Below, piece after piece: positions 1 to 9,779 of a DNA stretch of 64,000 bases. Position 1 is the stretch's first letter, and each line of letters opens with the position of its first letter. Source of the stretch: Deferrisomatales bacterium. Its GTDB lineage: Bacteria > Desulfobacterota > Deferrisomatia > Deferrisomatales > JACRMM01. Made by a program: the position numbers and the translations under genes. Under the pieces are notes generated by a model. That model did no database searches. It was not told the DNA's origin and saw only the letters and a program-made list of their open reading frames with translations. The stretch is taken from contig JAWSUI010000003.1 of NCBI GenBank assembly GCA_033551855.1, forward strand, positions 96,772 through 160,771, written 5' to 3'.

Positions 1-795
1 CCGACCCACCAGCAGGATCTCAAACCCATCCTCCCGGTACACCCGGCAGATGGTCCTCCCGGTGGTACCCTCCTCCACACGGGTAGCGACCTCGAAACCC
101 AGCTTCGAAAGGCGGTCGGCCGCCGGAGCCAGGTGCCCTTCGGCCTCCCGGTGCATCGAGCGCAGAGCTTCGTACCTCGCTTCGGCGGGTAGGTGCTCGA
201 GTCCGGGACGCTCCGGGTTTACGACCGTGAGCAGGGTCACCTGGAGGCCGTCGTGCGCCTCTACCAGTGAAGCCAGGAAGTCCAGGCACCTCTCGCTCGC
301 AGTGGAGCCGTCCACCCCAACCAGGACGCGCACCGGCGACCGGTCCGCAGGACGCTGCGGCCCGTCCCTCTGGACCACCAGTACCGGCACCTCGCTGTGG
401 TGCACCACGTGACTCGAAACCGACCCGAAGAGCAGATCCTGCAGGTCACCGTGGCCGCGGCGCCCCAGGATGACGAGGTCCATGCGCTCTCGCCGGGCGA
501 AGTCGCAGATCGCCGGCCCGGGGACGCCCACCAGGAGGCGCGAGTCCGAGCCCATCCCCTCCCGCGCGAAGAGCCCCGCCTCCTTCTGGAGCAGCTCCTC
601 GGCGGCCCGCTTGGCCCCCTGGCGGATCATCTCCACCTGGAAATCGGGGATCATCTTGTACTCGAGCCGCCGGAGATCGAGGGAGTGGGACAGGGTGAGC
701 TGCAGCTTCAGGGGCCGGGCGAGGCGCGCGGCCACGAGGCAGGTCTTGCGGCTGTGCTCGGAACCGTCGGTGCACACGAGGGCGCGAAGGGACAT
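1..795 (-). CDS. Universal stress protein, tandem UspA domains (3' end outside window)
   Basis: Manual translation from ATG at 795: MSLRALVCTDGSEHS...DLVILGRRGHGDLQDLLFGSVSSHVVHHSEVPVLVV, then a second VLVGVDGS domain. Absent from the ORF track because it runs off the edge. Confidence 0.85.
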   Translation of the reverse strand, partial: MSLRALVCTDGSEHSRKTCLVAARLARPLKLQLTLSHSLDLRRLEYKMIPDFQVEMIRQGAKRAAEELLQKEAGLFAREGMGSDSRLLVGVPGPAICDFARRERMDLVILGRRGHGDLQDLLFGSVSSHVVHHSEVPVLVVQRDGPQRPADRSPVRVLVGVDGSTASERCLDFLASLVEAHDGLQVTLLTVVNPERPGLEHLPAEARYEALRSMHREAEGHLAPAADRLSKLGFEVATRVEEGTTGRTICRVYREDGFEILLVGR

Positions 796-900
796 GGCGA
801 CTCTCTCCTCCTACGGGCAGCCTCCCACACCCGAGCCTGCGAAGTCGGGGACGGGCCGGGGACCCAAGCCCCTGCCCCCCCGAGAACCGGGTGGGCCTCC

Positions 901-2256
901 CTACAGTCCGCCGCTGGGGTCGAGCCCCACCTTCGCCCCCGCCTCCACCGCGTCCGGGAAGAAGATCTTCGGCAGCCACAGGGAAAAATCCGGCCAGTAG
1001 GTGAGGACCGCGAGGACCCCCATCTGAATCAGGATGAAGGGCATGACCGCCCGCAGCACGAACACGAGGTCGCGGCGGGCGATGGTCGACGCGATGTAGA
1101 GGCTCACCCCCACGGGGGGCGTCACGTACCCGATGCCCAGGTTCATCGCCATCAGGATCCCGAAGTGCAGCGAGTTGATCTCGAACTTGGCCAGCAGCGG
1201 CAGAAGGATGGGCGTGATGATGATGGTGGCCGAGACGATGTCCATGAACATCCCGACCCCGAGAAGGAACAGGTTCACCACCAGGAGGAACACCCACTGG
1301 CTTGTGATGTTCGCGGTCACCGCCTGGGCGATGAACTCCGGCAGGCGCTCCACGGTGAGGAACTTGCCGAAGACGCTCGACCCGGCGACGATGATGAGCA
1401 GGGTCGAAGCGGTCACCGCCGAGGAGACGATGATCTTCCTGGCCTGGGCCAGCGTCATGTCGCGGTGGATGAAGATCTCCACGATGAAGGCGTACATGCA
1501 GGCCACCACGGCCGCCTCGTTGGCCGTGAACGCGCCCGAGTAGATGCCGACGAAGATGATCACCGGCAGGAGGATCGCCCAGACGCTGCGGCGGATGGCG
1601 CCGACGAACTCCGAAAAGGTGTAGGGCTTCTGCATGGTCAGGCCGCCCCGCCGGGCCACCACATAGGAGTACAGGCAGAAGCTCGCGACGATGAGCATCC
1701 CCGGGGTGTACCCCGTCATGAACAGGGCCGCCAGGGAGTCGTTCGTCACCGCCGAGTAGAGGATCATCGCCACGCTGGGGGGGATGATGATCCCCAGGAT
1801 CGGGGAGGTCGTCATCACCCCGATGGCGTAGCGCTCGTCGTAGCCCTCGTGCACGAGGGCAGGGATCATGAAGCCCCCGATGGCGACCACGGTGGCCACG
1901 GTGGACCCCGAGATGGCCCCGAACAGGGCGCAGGCGAGGATGCCGGCCATCCCCAGCCCCCCCGGGAAGAAGCCCACGAGCGCCTTCGCGAAGCCGAGCA
2001 GCTTGTCGACGATCGATCCCCCGGTCATGATGTTCCCGCACAGCACGAAGAACAGCACGGCCACCAGGGAGAAGTTGTCCATGCTCTTGTAGAACCCCTC
2101 CAAGAGCAGCATGGCCTGGATGTCGAGGGGGATCATCGCCTGGGCGAAGAACGCCAGCCCGATGATTCCCGCGAAGAAGAGGGAGAGGTAGACCGGGACC
2201 GTCAGCCCGAGAAGGCCGATGAAGATGGCCAGAACATATACGATATCCCCGTCCAT
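901..2256 (-). CDS. dctM: TRAP transporter large permease (DctM)
   Basis: 451-aa polytopic membrane protein with GAISGS, GIIIPPS, FTANEAA and TPPVG motifs. Confidence 0.93.
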   Translation of the reverse strand: MDGDIVYVLAIFIGLLGLTVPVYLSLFFAGIIGLAFFAQAMIPLDIQAMLLLEGFYKSMDNFSLVAVLFFVLCGNIMTGGSIVDKLLGFAKALVGFFPGGLGMAGILACALFGAISGSTVATVVAIGGFMIPALVHEGYDERYAIGVMTTSPILGIIIPPSVAMILYSAVTNDSLAALFMTGYTPGMLIVASFCLYSYVVARRGGLTMQKPYTFSEFVGAIRRSVWAILLPVIIFVGIYSGAFTANEAAVVACMYAFIVEIFIHRDMTLAQARKIIVSSAVTASTLLIIVAGSSVFGKFLTVERLPEFIAQAVTANITSQWVFLLVVNLFLLGVGMFMDIVSATIIITPILLPLLAKFEINSLHFGILMAMNLGIGYVTPPVGVSLYIASTIARRDLVFVLRAVMPFILIQMGVLAVLTYWPDFSLWLPKIFFPDAVEAGAKVGLDPSGGL

Positions 2257-2297
2257 GTCGCAGTCTCCTTCCTACCGGCTCGCGCGAGGGGTTTGCG

Positions 2298-2792
2298 TTA
2301 CTTGTGGATCGGCTTGCCGGTAATGTCTTCGACGACGACCTGGATCTGCCGGAGGATCATCAGGGCCCCCATGATCGGCAGCACGCTGTAGAGGATGAAG
2401 GTGGGGATCTGGAGGACGGTGGTCAACTGCCCGGTGCGGCTCTGGAGCTCCACCAGTTTGAGGCCCACGTGGATCGCGGTGGCGCCGAACACGAAGACCG
2501 CGGCATGGTTGACGAAATCCAGGGGCTTCCTGAGCCAGGGGAGGAGGTTGGGCAGGGCGTCTATGCGGATCGCGGCACGGTTGCGCACCGCGACGGCGCA
2601 CCCCACGAACGTCGTGACCATGATGACCTGCCGCACGAACTCCTCGGGCCACGTCATCGTGTACACGAACAGGTAGCGCGTGGCGACGTTGACGAAGAGC
2701 GCCAGCATGGCCGAGAGGACCGTCAGGAAGAGGACCCAGTCCTCGAATAAGGACAGGACCCTGTCCGTGACGTTCAGGACGGCTCGAAACAT
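2298..2792 (-). CDS. dctQ: TRAP transporter small permease (DctQ)
   Basis: About four TM segments, NVATRY...WPEEFVR...IRID; lies between dctP and dctM; ATG at 2792 after a GGAGG-like RBS. Confidence 0.9.
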   Translation of the reverse strand: MFRAVLNVTDRVLSLFEDWVLFLTVLSAMLALFVNVATRYLFVYTMTWPEEFVRQVIMVTTFVGCAVAVRNRAAIRIDALPNLLPWLRKPLDFVNHAAVFVFGATAIHVGLKLVELQSRTGQLTTVLQIPTFILYSVLPIMGALMILRQIQVVVEDITGKPIHK

Positions 2793-2914
2793 CTCCAACT
2801 CCTCCCAGGTCGCCGCCCGCATCCGGGCGGCAGCGCTTCCTAGCGGGCTGGTGCGGCGGGGGGGACGCAAGAGGCGGGGAGCCGGGTCCCGAACCCCGGC
2901 CCCCCGCGAGAGCG

Positions 2915-3970
2915 CTACAGGCGGTATCCGACGAGGTCCTTCACCTTCTTCAGGTAATCGGCGCCGATCCGGCCCTCCCACTCCTTGAACACGGCCTCGC
3001 CCTGGCGTTTGAGGGTCGCCGTGTCCTCATCCGGGAGCCGCACGAAGACGATGCCCTGGTCCCGGGCCTTCTGGAGCTCGGTCTGCTCCTGCACCACGGA
3101 GTTCGCGCGGGACTTCGCCGACTCCTCCCGGACCACCTCGACGAGCGCCGTCTGGAGATCCGCCGGGAGGCTGTCGAACCAGCGCTTGTTGACCAGGTGG
3201 ATGAAGAGACCCTGGGCGTAGTTGACTTCCACGAAGTGGGTAGCCACCTCGAACTTCTTCGTGAGGGAGGAGACCGTGCCGGTGTGGTCGATCGCGTCGA
3301 TGACGCGGTTCTGCAGGGCCACCTGCACCTCGGGCCAGGGCATGGGCACGATGTTGAGGCCCCAGGCCCGGTAGAGACTCTGGTTGACGTCGGCCTCGGC
3401 GATGCGGAACTTCAGCGGCCGGGCGTCGGCGAGCGTCCGGATCGGCCGGGTGGAGGCCCAGCCGTAGGTGCCGTAGGCGGTGATGTCGAGGGCGGTGATC
3501 CCGTTGGCCTCACCCGACTTCAGGAAGTGATCGAACACCTCCTTGTCGGCGATGAACTTGTCGAGCTTCTCGGGGGTGTCGATCAGGAACGGGAGGTTCA
3601 CGACGCCGTAACGGGGCCCGATGCGGGGCGCCACCACGGAGGAGCACAGCATGCCCTGGATCGCGCCCATGGCGAGCTGGTTGATCACCTCCACCTCGCC
3701 GCCGAGCATGGACAGCGGGTAGTAGTCGAAGTAGAGCTGGCCGTTGGTTCGCTCCCAGAGGGCGTCCCGGATCCGGAATCCGGCCATGACCCCGTCCAGG
3801 GCGGGGGTCGACACGTTGGAGACCCGCATCACGTACTTCGCGCCCGAGGGGTCGAAAGCGGGCCTCCACGCCTCCCGCGGATCCCGGCGTTCCTGGGAGA
3901 CGCCCACGCCGACCAGCCCCGCGGCCATCGCACCCACGGTCAATACTGCCAGAAGTTTCCAGCGCTTCAT
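2915..3970 (-). CDS. dctP: TRAP substrate-binding protein (DctP)
   Basis: Signal peptide MKRWKLLAVL; YPLSMLGGE, LPFL, KFRI (conserved Arg), PMPWPEV...ALQ motifs. Confidence 0.9.
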   Translation of the reverse strand: MKRWKLLAVLTVGAMAAGLVGVGVSQERRDPREAWRPAFDPSGAKYVMRVSNVSTPALDGVMAGFRIRDALWERTNGQLYFDYYPLSMLGGEVEVINQLAMGAIQGMLCSSVVAPRIGPRYGVVNLPFLIDTPEKLDKFIADKEVFDHFLKSGEANGITALDITAYGTYGWASTRPIRTLADARPLKFRIAEADVNQSLYRAWGLNIVPMPWPEVQVALQNRVIDAIDHTGTVSSLTKKFEVATHFVEVNYAQGLFIHLVNKRWFDSLPADLQTALVEVVREESAKSRANSVVQEQTELQKARDQGIVFVRLPDEDTATLKRQGEAVFKEWEGRIGADYLKKVKDLVGYRL

Positions 3971-4046
3971 CTGTGACTCTCCTTTCCCGAGTTGTGGCGG
4001 TCCGCCGCCTGTGCCTGCCCCACAAACCGAATAGAACGACGTTCGC

Positions 4047-4076
4047 AACCTACCACACGTTTGATAGGTCGTCCAA
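4047..4076 (-). promoter_or_regulatory. Putative sigma70 promoter of dctPQM with overlapping imperfect palindrome
   Basis: Minus strand TTGGAC-N18-TAGGTT with extended TGn; dyad ACCTACCA-N6-TGATAGGT at 4048-4069. Confidence 0.4.
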
Positions 4077-4165
4077 GAAAAAACGGACGCGCCGCCGCGG
4101 CGGTGGCCCCGAGGCGTTGCGACGCCAAACCGCGGTCCGCCTAGGGAATCCGGCAACAGGGGGGC

Positions 4166-4744
4166 TCAGCCCCCCGCCTCCCGGCCCAACCGGAACGCCG
4201 TGCGGTTGATCTCCAGGACCTTCGGGGGCACGCTCTCCTCCACCGCCGTCTCCCACGCCTCGAGGGGAAAGTCGAGATGGCGCGAGAGGGCCCCGGCCAT
4301 CACGGCGTTGGCCGCCCGGATGTCCCCCGCCTGCCGAGCGAGCTCGCTGGCCGGGACCACGAGCTTCCGGCAGGGGAACTCCCCCATGCGGGCCTCCAGG
4401 TCCTCGGGATACTCCGCGAGGCCGGCCGCCACGGTGGACGGGTTGACCCGGTAGGTGTTGTAGAGGAGCAGCCCGGAGGGGCGCACCCAGTGGGCGTTGC
4501 GCACGGCCTCCAAGGGCTCGAAACCCAGCAGGAAATCGCACTGGCCCAGGGGCACCAGCGGGGAGTAGACCTTCTCCCCGATGCGCATGTGGGAGACCAC
4601 GGCCCCGCCCCGCTGGGCCATGCCGTGCACCTCTCCCCCCTTCACGTCGAGGCCCTGGCGCAGGGCGGCCTTGGCGAGGATGGTGCTCGCCAGGAGCACT
4701 CCCTGGCCCCCCACCCCGCAGAGCAAGAAGTTGATGGTGTTCAT
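4166..4744 (-). CDS. iorB: Indolepyruvate:ferredoxin oxidoreductase family, beta subunit
   Basis: GVGGQG, EVHGMAQRGGAV and N..AF..G motifs; 192 aa. Confidence 0.92.
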   Translation of the reverse strand: MNTINFLLCGVGGQGVLLASTILAKAALRQGLDVKGGEVHGMAQRGGAVVSHMRIGEKVYSPLVPLGQCDFLLGFEPLEAVRNAHWVRPSGLLLYNTYRVNPSTVAAGLAEYPEDLEARMGEFPCRKLVVPASELARQAGDIRAANAVMAGALSRHLDFPLEAWETAVEESVPPKVLEINRTAFRLGREAGG

Positions 4745-4756
4745 GGAATCCTCCCT

Positions 4757-6517
4757 CTATGCCTGCTGGATGGCGTCGAACTTACAGATCTGGGAACACA
4801 CCGTGCAGCCCGTGCAGAAGTTGGGGTCGATCGCCGCCTTGCGCTCGTCCCCCTGCCCCTGCATCGACAGGGCGATGCAGCTCACCTGGAGGCACTGCTT
4901 GCAGGCCGTGCACGCCTCCGGGTCCACCGTCATGGGCTTGTCCTTGACCCGGTAGTTCAAGACACAGGGGTCCTTGGTGATCACCACCGAGGGCTCGGGC
5001 TTGGCCAGCTCCTCCTTCAACACGGTTTCGACCTGCTTGAGGTCGTAGGCGTTCACCACGCGGACGTTCTCGGGCTTGAGCCCCAGGGTCAGGACGAGCT
5101 TCTCGATGTCGATCGGGGGAGACTCGACTCCCATCAGGGTCTGCCCCATCCCGGGGTTCTGCTGCCCTCCCGTCATGGCCGTGATCCGGTTGTCCTGGAT
5201 CATCACCACCGAACTGCCGCCGTTCCAGATCATGTCGATGAGGCCCGTGATCCCGGAGTGGAAGAACGTCGAGTCGCCGATCACGGCGACCGTGCGGTTG
5301 AGTGGATCGGTCGACCCCTCCATCACCTTCGAGATGCCGTGGGCCATGGGGATGGAGGCCCCCATGCACAGGCAGGCGTGCATGGCGTTGAAAGGGGGGA
5401 GCGCCCCCAGGGTGTAGCACCCGATGTCCCCCGACACGAAGACCTTGAGTTTCTTGAGCACGTGGAAGACTCCCCGGTGGGAGCACCCCGGGCACATGAC
5501 GGGGGGCCGCGTCGGGAGCCCCGCGGCCTCGGCCGGCACCTCGGTCGTGACGCCGGCGAGCCTCTCCATGACGAGCCCCGGCTCGAGCTCGCCCACGATG
5601 GGGAAGAGGTCCTTGCCGTGAGACACCTCCACGCCGAGGAGCCGCACCTGCTCTTCCAGGAAGGGGTCGAGCTCCTCCACCACGACCAACCGATCGACGT
5701 GCTGGGCGAAGTCCCGAATCAGCGCCTCCGGCAGGGGGTAGGTCAGCCCCAGCTTGAGGAAGCTCGCCCCGGGAACGGCCTCCTTGGCGTAGGCGTAGGA
5801 GATCCCCGACGTGATGATGCCCAGGGAGGTGTCCCCCATCTCGACCCGGTTCAGGGGGCTGTTCACCCCGTACTCCTTGAGCTTGGCGAGCTTCTCCTCG
5901 ATCACCGGGTGCTTGGGCCGCGCGAAGCCGGGGAGCATGGTGTACTTCTTCACGTCTCGAGGCAGATCCGTCGGCTTCGGCCGCTCTTCCCGGGTCCCGA
6001 GCTCCACCACCCCCTTGGAGTGGTTGATCCGGGTGGTGGTCCGGAAGAGCACCGGCGTGTCGAACTGTTCCGAGATCTCGAAGGCGGCTCTCAGGAAGGA
6101 CTTGGCCTCCTGCGAGTCCGAGGGCTCGATCATGGGGATCTTCGAGAACTTCGCGTAGTTGCGGTTATCCTGCTCGTTCTGGCTCGAGTGCAGGAACGGG
6201 TCGTCGGCGCTGACCAGCACCAACCCCCCCCGAATACCGGTGTACACGGCGGTGAAGAGGGGATCCGCCGCCACGTTGACGCCCACGTGCTTCATGCAGG
6301 CGAGGGCCCGGGCGCCGGCGATGGCCGCGCCGACGGCCACCTCGAGGGCGGTCTTCTCATTGGTGGACCACTGGCAGTAGATGTCCTTGCTGTAATCCGC
6401 CTTGATGTTCTGGAGGATCTCGGTGGAGGGCGTGCCCGGGTAGGCGGCGGCGAACGTCACCCCGGCCTCCCAAGCGCCCCTGGCGATGGCTTCGTTTCCC
6501 AACAGCACTTCCTTCAT
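4757..6517 (-). CDS. iorA: Indolepyruvate:ferredoxin oxidoreductase family, alpha subunit
   Basis: Start MKEVLLGNEAIARGA; YPGTPSTE, KHVGVNVAAD, CPGC.HR, GDIGCY, GDSTFFHSG; two C-terminal CxxCxxC ferredoxin motifs. Confidence 0.93.
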   Translation of the reverse strand: MKEVLLGNEAIARGAWEAGVTFAAAYPGTPSTEILQNIKADYSKDIYCQWSTNEKTALEVAVGAAIAGARALACMKHVGVNVAADPLFTAVYTGIRGGLVLVSADDPFLHSSQNEQDNRNYAKFSKIPMIEPSDSQEAKSFLRAAFEISEQFDTPVLFRTTTRINHSKGVVELGTREERPKPTDLPRDVKKYTMLPGFARPKHPVIEEKLAKLKEYGVNSPLNRVEMGDTSLGIITSGISYAYAKEAVPGASFLKLGLTYPLPEALIRDFAQHVDRLVVVEELDPFLEEQVRLLGVEVSHGKDLFPIVGELEPGLVMERLAGVTTEVPAEAAGLPTRPPVMCPGCSHRGVFHVLKKLKVFVSGDIGCYTLGALPPFNAMHACLCMGASIPMAHGISKVMEGSTDPLNRTVAVIGDSTFFHSGITGLIDMIWNGGSSVVMIQDNRITAMTGGQQNPGMGQTLMGVESPPIDIEKLVLTLGLKPENVRVVNAYDLKQVETVLKEELAKPEPSVVITKDPCVLNYRVKDKPMTVDPEACTACKQCLQVSCIALSMQGQGDERKAAIDPNFCTGCTVCSQICKFDAIQQA

Positions 6518-6612
6518 CGTGGCTCCTCGTTCTCTCGAGTGTGGGGCGGCGGAGGGGCCGCCGAGGCCCCATGCCGCCCCGGTCGTCGCCCCTGGGCCGG
6601 GGGATGCGCGAT

Positions 6613-7803
6613 CTAACCAACCTGCACGACCAGGGCGGCCCCCGTGTCGCCGGCGGCGCAGCCGGTGAACAGGCCGTAGCCGCCGCCCTTCTCCGCGAGC
6701 TCCTCGACGAGCTCGATGACGCACCGGGCCGCCGTGGGCCCCTGGGGGTGTCCGAACACCAGGGGGCTGCCATAGTTGTTGGCCGCGTTGACGTCGACGC
6801 CGAGCTCTCGGGCGAAGTACAGATCGTTGATGACGAAGGGGTTGTGGGTCTTGACCGCCTTCATGTCCCCGATCTTCAAGCCGGCTTTCTCCAGGGCCAT
6901 GGCCGCCGCCGGCACCGGAGCGCGGGGCATGAAGCCCTTCTGGGTCCGCGCGTAGCCGTAGGACACCAGCCGGACCTCGACGCCGGGGTCCGCCGAGAGC
7001 TCCCGCGCCCGCTCCCGGGTGGCGACGATCACCGCGGCGTTGCCGTCGGCCGGGTGGGTCTGGGCCCCGAAGCTGTGCACCCCACCCGGAAGAACCGGGG
7101 GCAGGCCCGCCAGGGCCTCGCGGGTAGTGGGCGTGATCCCCTCGTCCTGCTCCAGGAGCACGGTCTTCTTCTTGCTGAGCCGCACCTCGGCCGGGAACAT
7201 GTAGCGCTTCTGGAAGGCCCGGTCCGCCTTCAGGGCGTCGCCGTACTGCTCGTAGCGGCGGGCTGCCACGTCGTCGACCTGCTCCTTGGTGACCCCGATC
7301 TCCTTGGCCACGTTCTCGCCGGTCTGGATCATGGCGTTCTTGGCGAAGGGGTCGTGGTTGAAGTTGTCCATGAGCCAGTTTTCGTGGAGCAACTCGCCCC
7401 CCGGCCCGTTGGGGTTGGGCCACACCACGTGGGGGCCGTTGGAGGTCCGGTCCGCGGCCAGGTGCAGCACGCTGCCGAACAGCCCGTTCTCGACCCCCGC
7501 CGCGGCGTTGTAGAGGCAAGTGGTGGCCGTCGAGCAGGCCTGGCTCACGTTGCACCCCGCCAGCCCCTCGGCCCCCAGGAGTGCCGCCACCCAGGGCGCA
7601 CCGTAGAAGGCCTGCCTCTGGTGGATGGTGTAGCCGAGATAGAGGTAGTCGAAGCTCTTCGGGTCGATCCCCCTCTGGCCCAGCCATCGCGAGGCGGTGG
7701 CCGCCCCCAGAACGAGGGAGTGCTCGTTGGCCAGCGTCATCTGCCACTTCGAGAAGGGGGTGGTGTAGTAGCCGCGAAAGGGAATGTAGGCCTTCGTGAA
7801 CAT
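6613..7803 (-). CDS. Thiolase family protein with a non-canonical motif set
   Basis: QACST nucleophile motif, PADGNAA, THNPF (in place of NEAF), FGHPQG, TGCAAG. Confidence 0.85.
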   Translation of the reverse strand: MFTKAYIPFRGYYTTPFSKWQMTLANEHSLVLGAATASRWLGQRGIDPKSFDYLYLGYTIHQRQAFYGAPWVAALLGAEGLAGCNVSQACSTATTCLYNAAAGVENGLFGSVLHLAADRTSNGPHVVWPNPNGPGGELLHENWLMDNFNHDPFAKNAMIQTGENVAKEIGVTKEQVDDVAARRYEQYGDALKADRAFQKRYMFPAEVRLSKKKTVLLEQDEGITPTTREALAGLPPVLPGGVHSFGAQTHPADGNAAVIVATRERARELSADPGVEVRLVSYGYARTQKGFMPRAPVPAAAMALEKAGLKIGDMKAVKTHNPFVINDLYFARELGVDVNAANNYGSPLVFGHPQGPTAARCVIELVEELAEKGGGYGLFTGCAAGDTGAALVVQVG

Positions 7804-7892
7804 GGCTCCTCCTTACAAGGTCGGCCTTCGGCCGTTGGCTGTCGGCTCCCCCGCGCCCCTCCCACGAGGAGGGGATGCCGGGAACGCCGGTT

Positions 7893-9395
7893 CTACTGCG
7901 TCCTCTCCCGATCCCGCAGCTCCCGCTTCAGGATCTTTCCCGTGGCGTTCTTGGGGAGGTCGTCGAGGAACTCCACGATGCGCGGGGCCTTGTAGTCGGC
8001 CAGCCGCTTCTTGCAGTGGGCGATGATCTCCTCGGGCGAGGTCTTCCCCGGCTCCCGCAACGCCAGAACCGCCTTCACGCTCTCGCCGAACACGGGGTGG
8101 GGCACCCCGATCACGGCGCACTCCCGGACGTTCGGGTGGGCGTAGAGTACCTCCTCCACCTCCCGAGGCCAGACCTTCAGGCCCGCCGAGTCGATCATGT
8201 CCTTGAGCCGATCGACGATGAAGACGTACCCCTCTTCGTCCATGTAGCCGATGTCGCCGGAGCGCAGCCAGCCGTTCACCACCGCCTCGGCCGTGGCCTC
8301 GGGTTTGCGGTAGTACTCCTTCATCACATTGGGCCCCTTGATCCAGATCTCCCCCAGCTCGCGCCGGGCCACCTCGTTGCCCTCCGGGTCCGCGATCCGG
8401 ATCTCCACGTTCATCACCGCGGTGCCCACCGAGCCCTCCTTGTGGCGAAACTCGTGGTTGTAGGTGGAGAAGGGCGTGGTCTCCGTCAGGCCGTACCCCT
8501 CTACCACGGTGAGGCCGAAGCGCTCCTTCCACCGGCGGGCCACCTCCCCGGGCATGGAGGAGGCCGCGGAGAAGCTGTACCGGACGGACTTCATCGCCTC
8601 GTCCGACCGGGGATCGTTGAGGACCAGCATGTAGATCGCCGGCACGGCGTACCACCGCGTGACCCGATTGCGCCGCAGGCTCCCCAGCGCCTCGTCCAGG
8701 TCGAACTTCTTGTGCAGCACCAGGGTGCAGCCCGCCTGGACCACGGAGTTGAAGATGAAGTTCTGGGCGAAGGAGTGGTAGATCGGCAGGAAACAGATGG
8801 CCCGGTCGTCCCGACGCATGTCGCACATGTACTTGGTTGCGTTGGTGTTGGAGACCACGTTGCCGTGGGTCAGCACGACCCCCTTCGGCCTTCCGGTGGT
8901 GCCCGAGGTGTAGATGATGGCCGCCGGTTCGTCGCGCTCCGTGTACACCGTGGGAAGGTCCGGTGCCGCGCCGGCCAGGAGCTCCGCCCAGGCCCTGTCG
9001 CCCCCCGCGCCGTCCACGCTCACCACCGTGCGCACGGCCGGGATGCGGTCCCGGGGAGGCACCTCGGGCAGGAGCCCCTCCTCGGTGACCAGGACCACGC
9101 CCTCACTGTCGTTGACCATGTACTCGACCTCGTCCGCCTTGCTCATGCTCGAGATCGACACGCACACCGCGCCCACCTTCTGGCACGCGTAGTAGGTCAC
9201 GATGAACTCCGGGCAGTTGGTCAGGAAGACACAGACCTGGTCCCCCTGGGCCACCCCGAGGGACCGCAGGGCGTGCCCCATCCGAGAGGCCTCTTCCGAG
9301 AAACGCCGGTAGGTCCACACCTGATCCCCGTAGACGATGGCCTCGTGGTCGGGGAAGAAGAGGTGGTTTCGGTCCAGGGCGTCGGCGATGTTCAT
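7893..9395 (-). CDS. Acyl-CoA synthetase (AMP-forming, long-chain-fatty-acid CoA ligase family)
   Basis: YTSGTTGRPKG, EGYGLTE, SGDIG, DRLKDMI, LPKNATGKILK. Confidence 0.92.
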   Translation of the reverse strand: MNIADALDRNHLFFPDHEAIVYGDQVWTYRRFSEEASRMGHALRSLGVAQGDQVCVFLTNCPEFIVTYYACQKVGAVCVSISSMSKADEVEYMVNDSEGVVLVTEEGLLPEVPPRDRIPAVRTVVSVDGAGGDRAWAELLAGAAPDLPTVYTERDEPAAIIYTSGTTGRPKGVVLTHGNVVSNTNATKYMCDMRRDDRAICFLPIYHSFAQNFIFNSVVQAGCTLVLHKKFDLDEALGSLRRNRVTRWYAVPAIYMLVLNDPRSDEAMKSVRYSFSAASSMPGEVARRWKERFGLTVVEGYGLTETTPFSTYNHEFRHKEGSVGTAVMNVEIRIADPEGNEVARRELGEIWIKGPNVMKEYYRKPEATAEAVVNGWLRSGDIGYMDEEGYVFIVDRLKDMIDSAGLKVWPREVEEVLYAHPNVRECAVIGVPHPVFGESVKAVLALREPGKTSPEEIIAHCKKRLADYKAPRIVEFLDDLPKNATGKILKRELRDRERTQ

Positions 9396-9561
9396 CGGGC
9401 TGCTCCTGTGTGTGCGTGCGCCGATCGTGGGAGATCAAGTGGTCGTTTTTCACCAAACACGGTCCAATATCCACCGGCAGGGCCCGCGCAAAGGCGGGCC
9501 GGCCCCGGCGGAACGGGCAGCGGCTGCGCGCCGCCGGCCTCCTCGGGGCTGACGGCGGCAC

Positions 9562-9591
9562 AGCTTACCAACCGCTCGGTCGTTTGTGCAA
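9562..9591 (-). promoter_or_regulatory. Putative sigma70 promoter with TetR-like operator in the spacer
   Basis: Minus strand TTGCAC-N18-TAAGCT with extended TGn; the spacer holds the dyad CGACCG-AG-CGGTTG. Confidence 0.45.
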
Positions 9592-9779
9592 GTCCGAGGC
9601 CACGGCAGGAGACGGCGCGGCGGCTCCGCCACCCCCCCTTGGCCTCCGGACCGGAAACCCGCAGGCAGCGCCGCGACCTCTGCGGCGGGCTCGACCGGCC
9701 GTTTCCCCCGGGACACGAAGACAGCCGGGGCCCCTGAGAGGGGCCCCGGCGGGGCAGTACGGGAAGGGCGGCGATGCCC

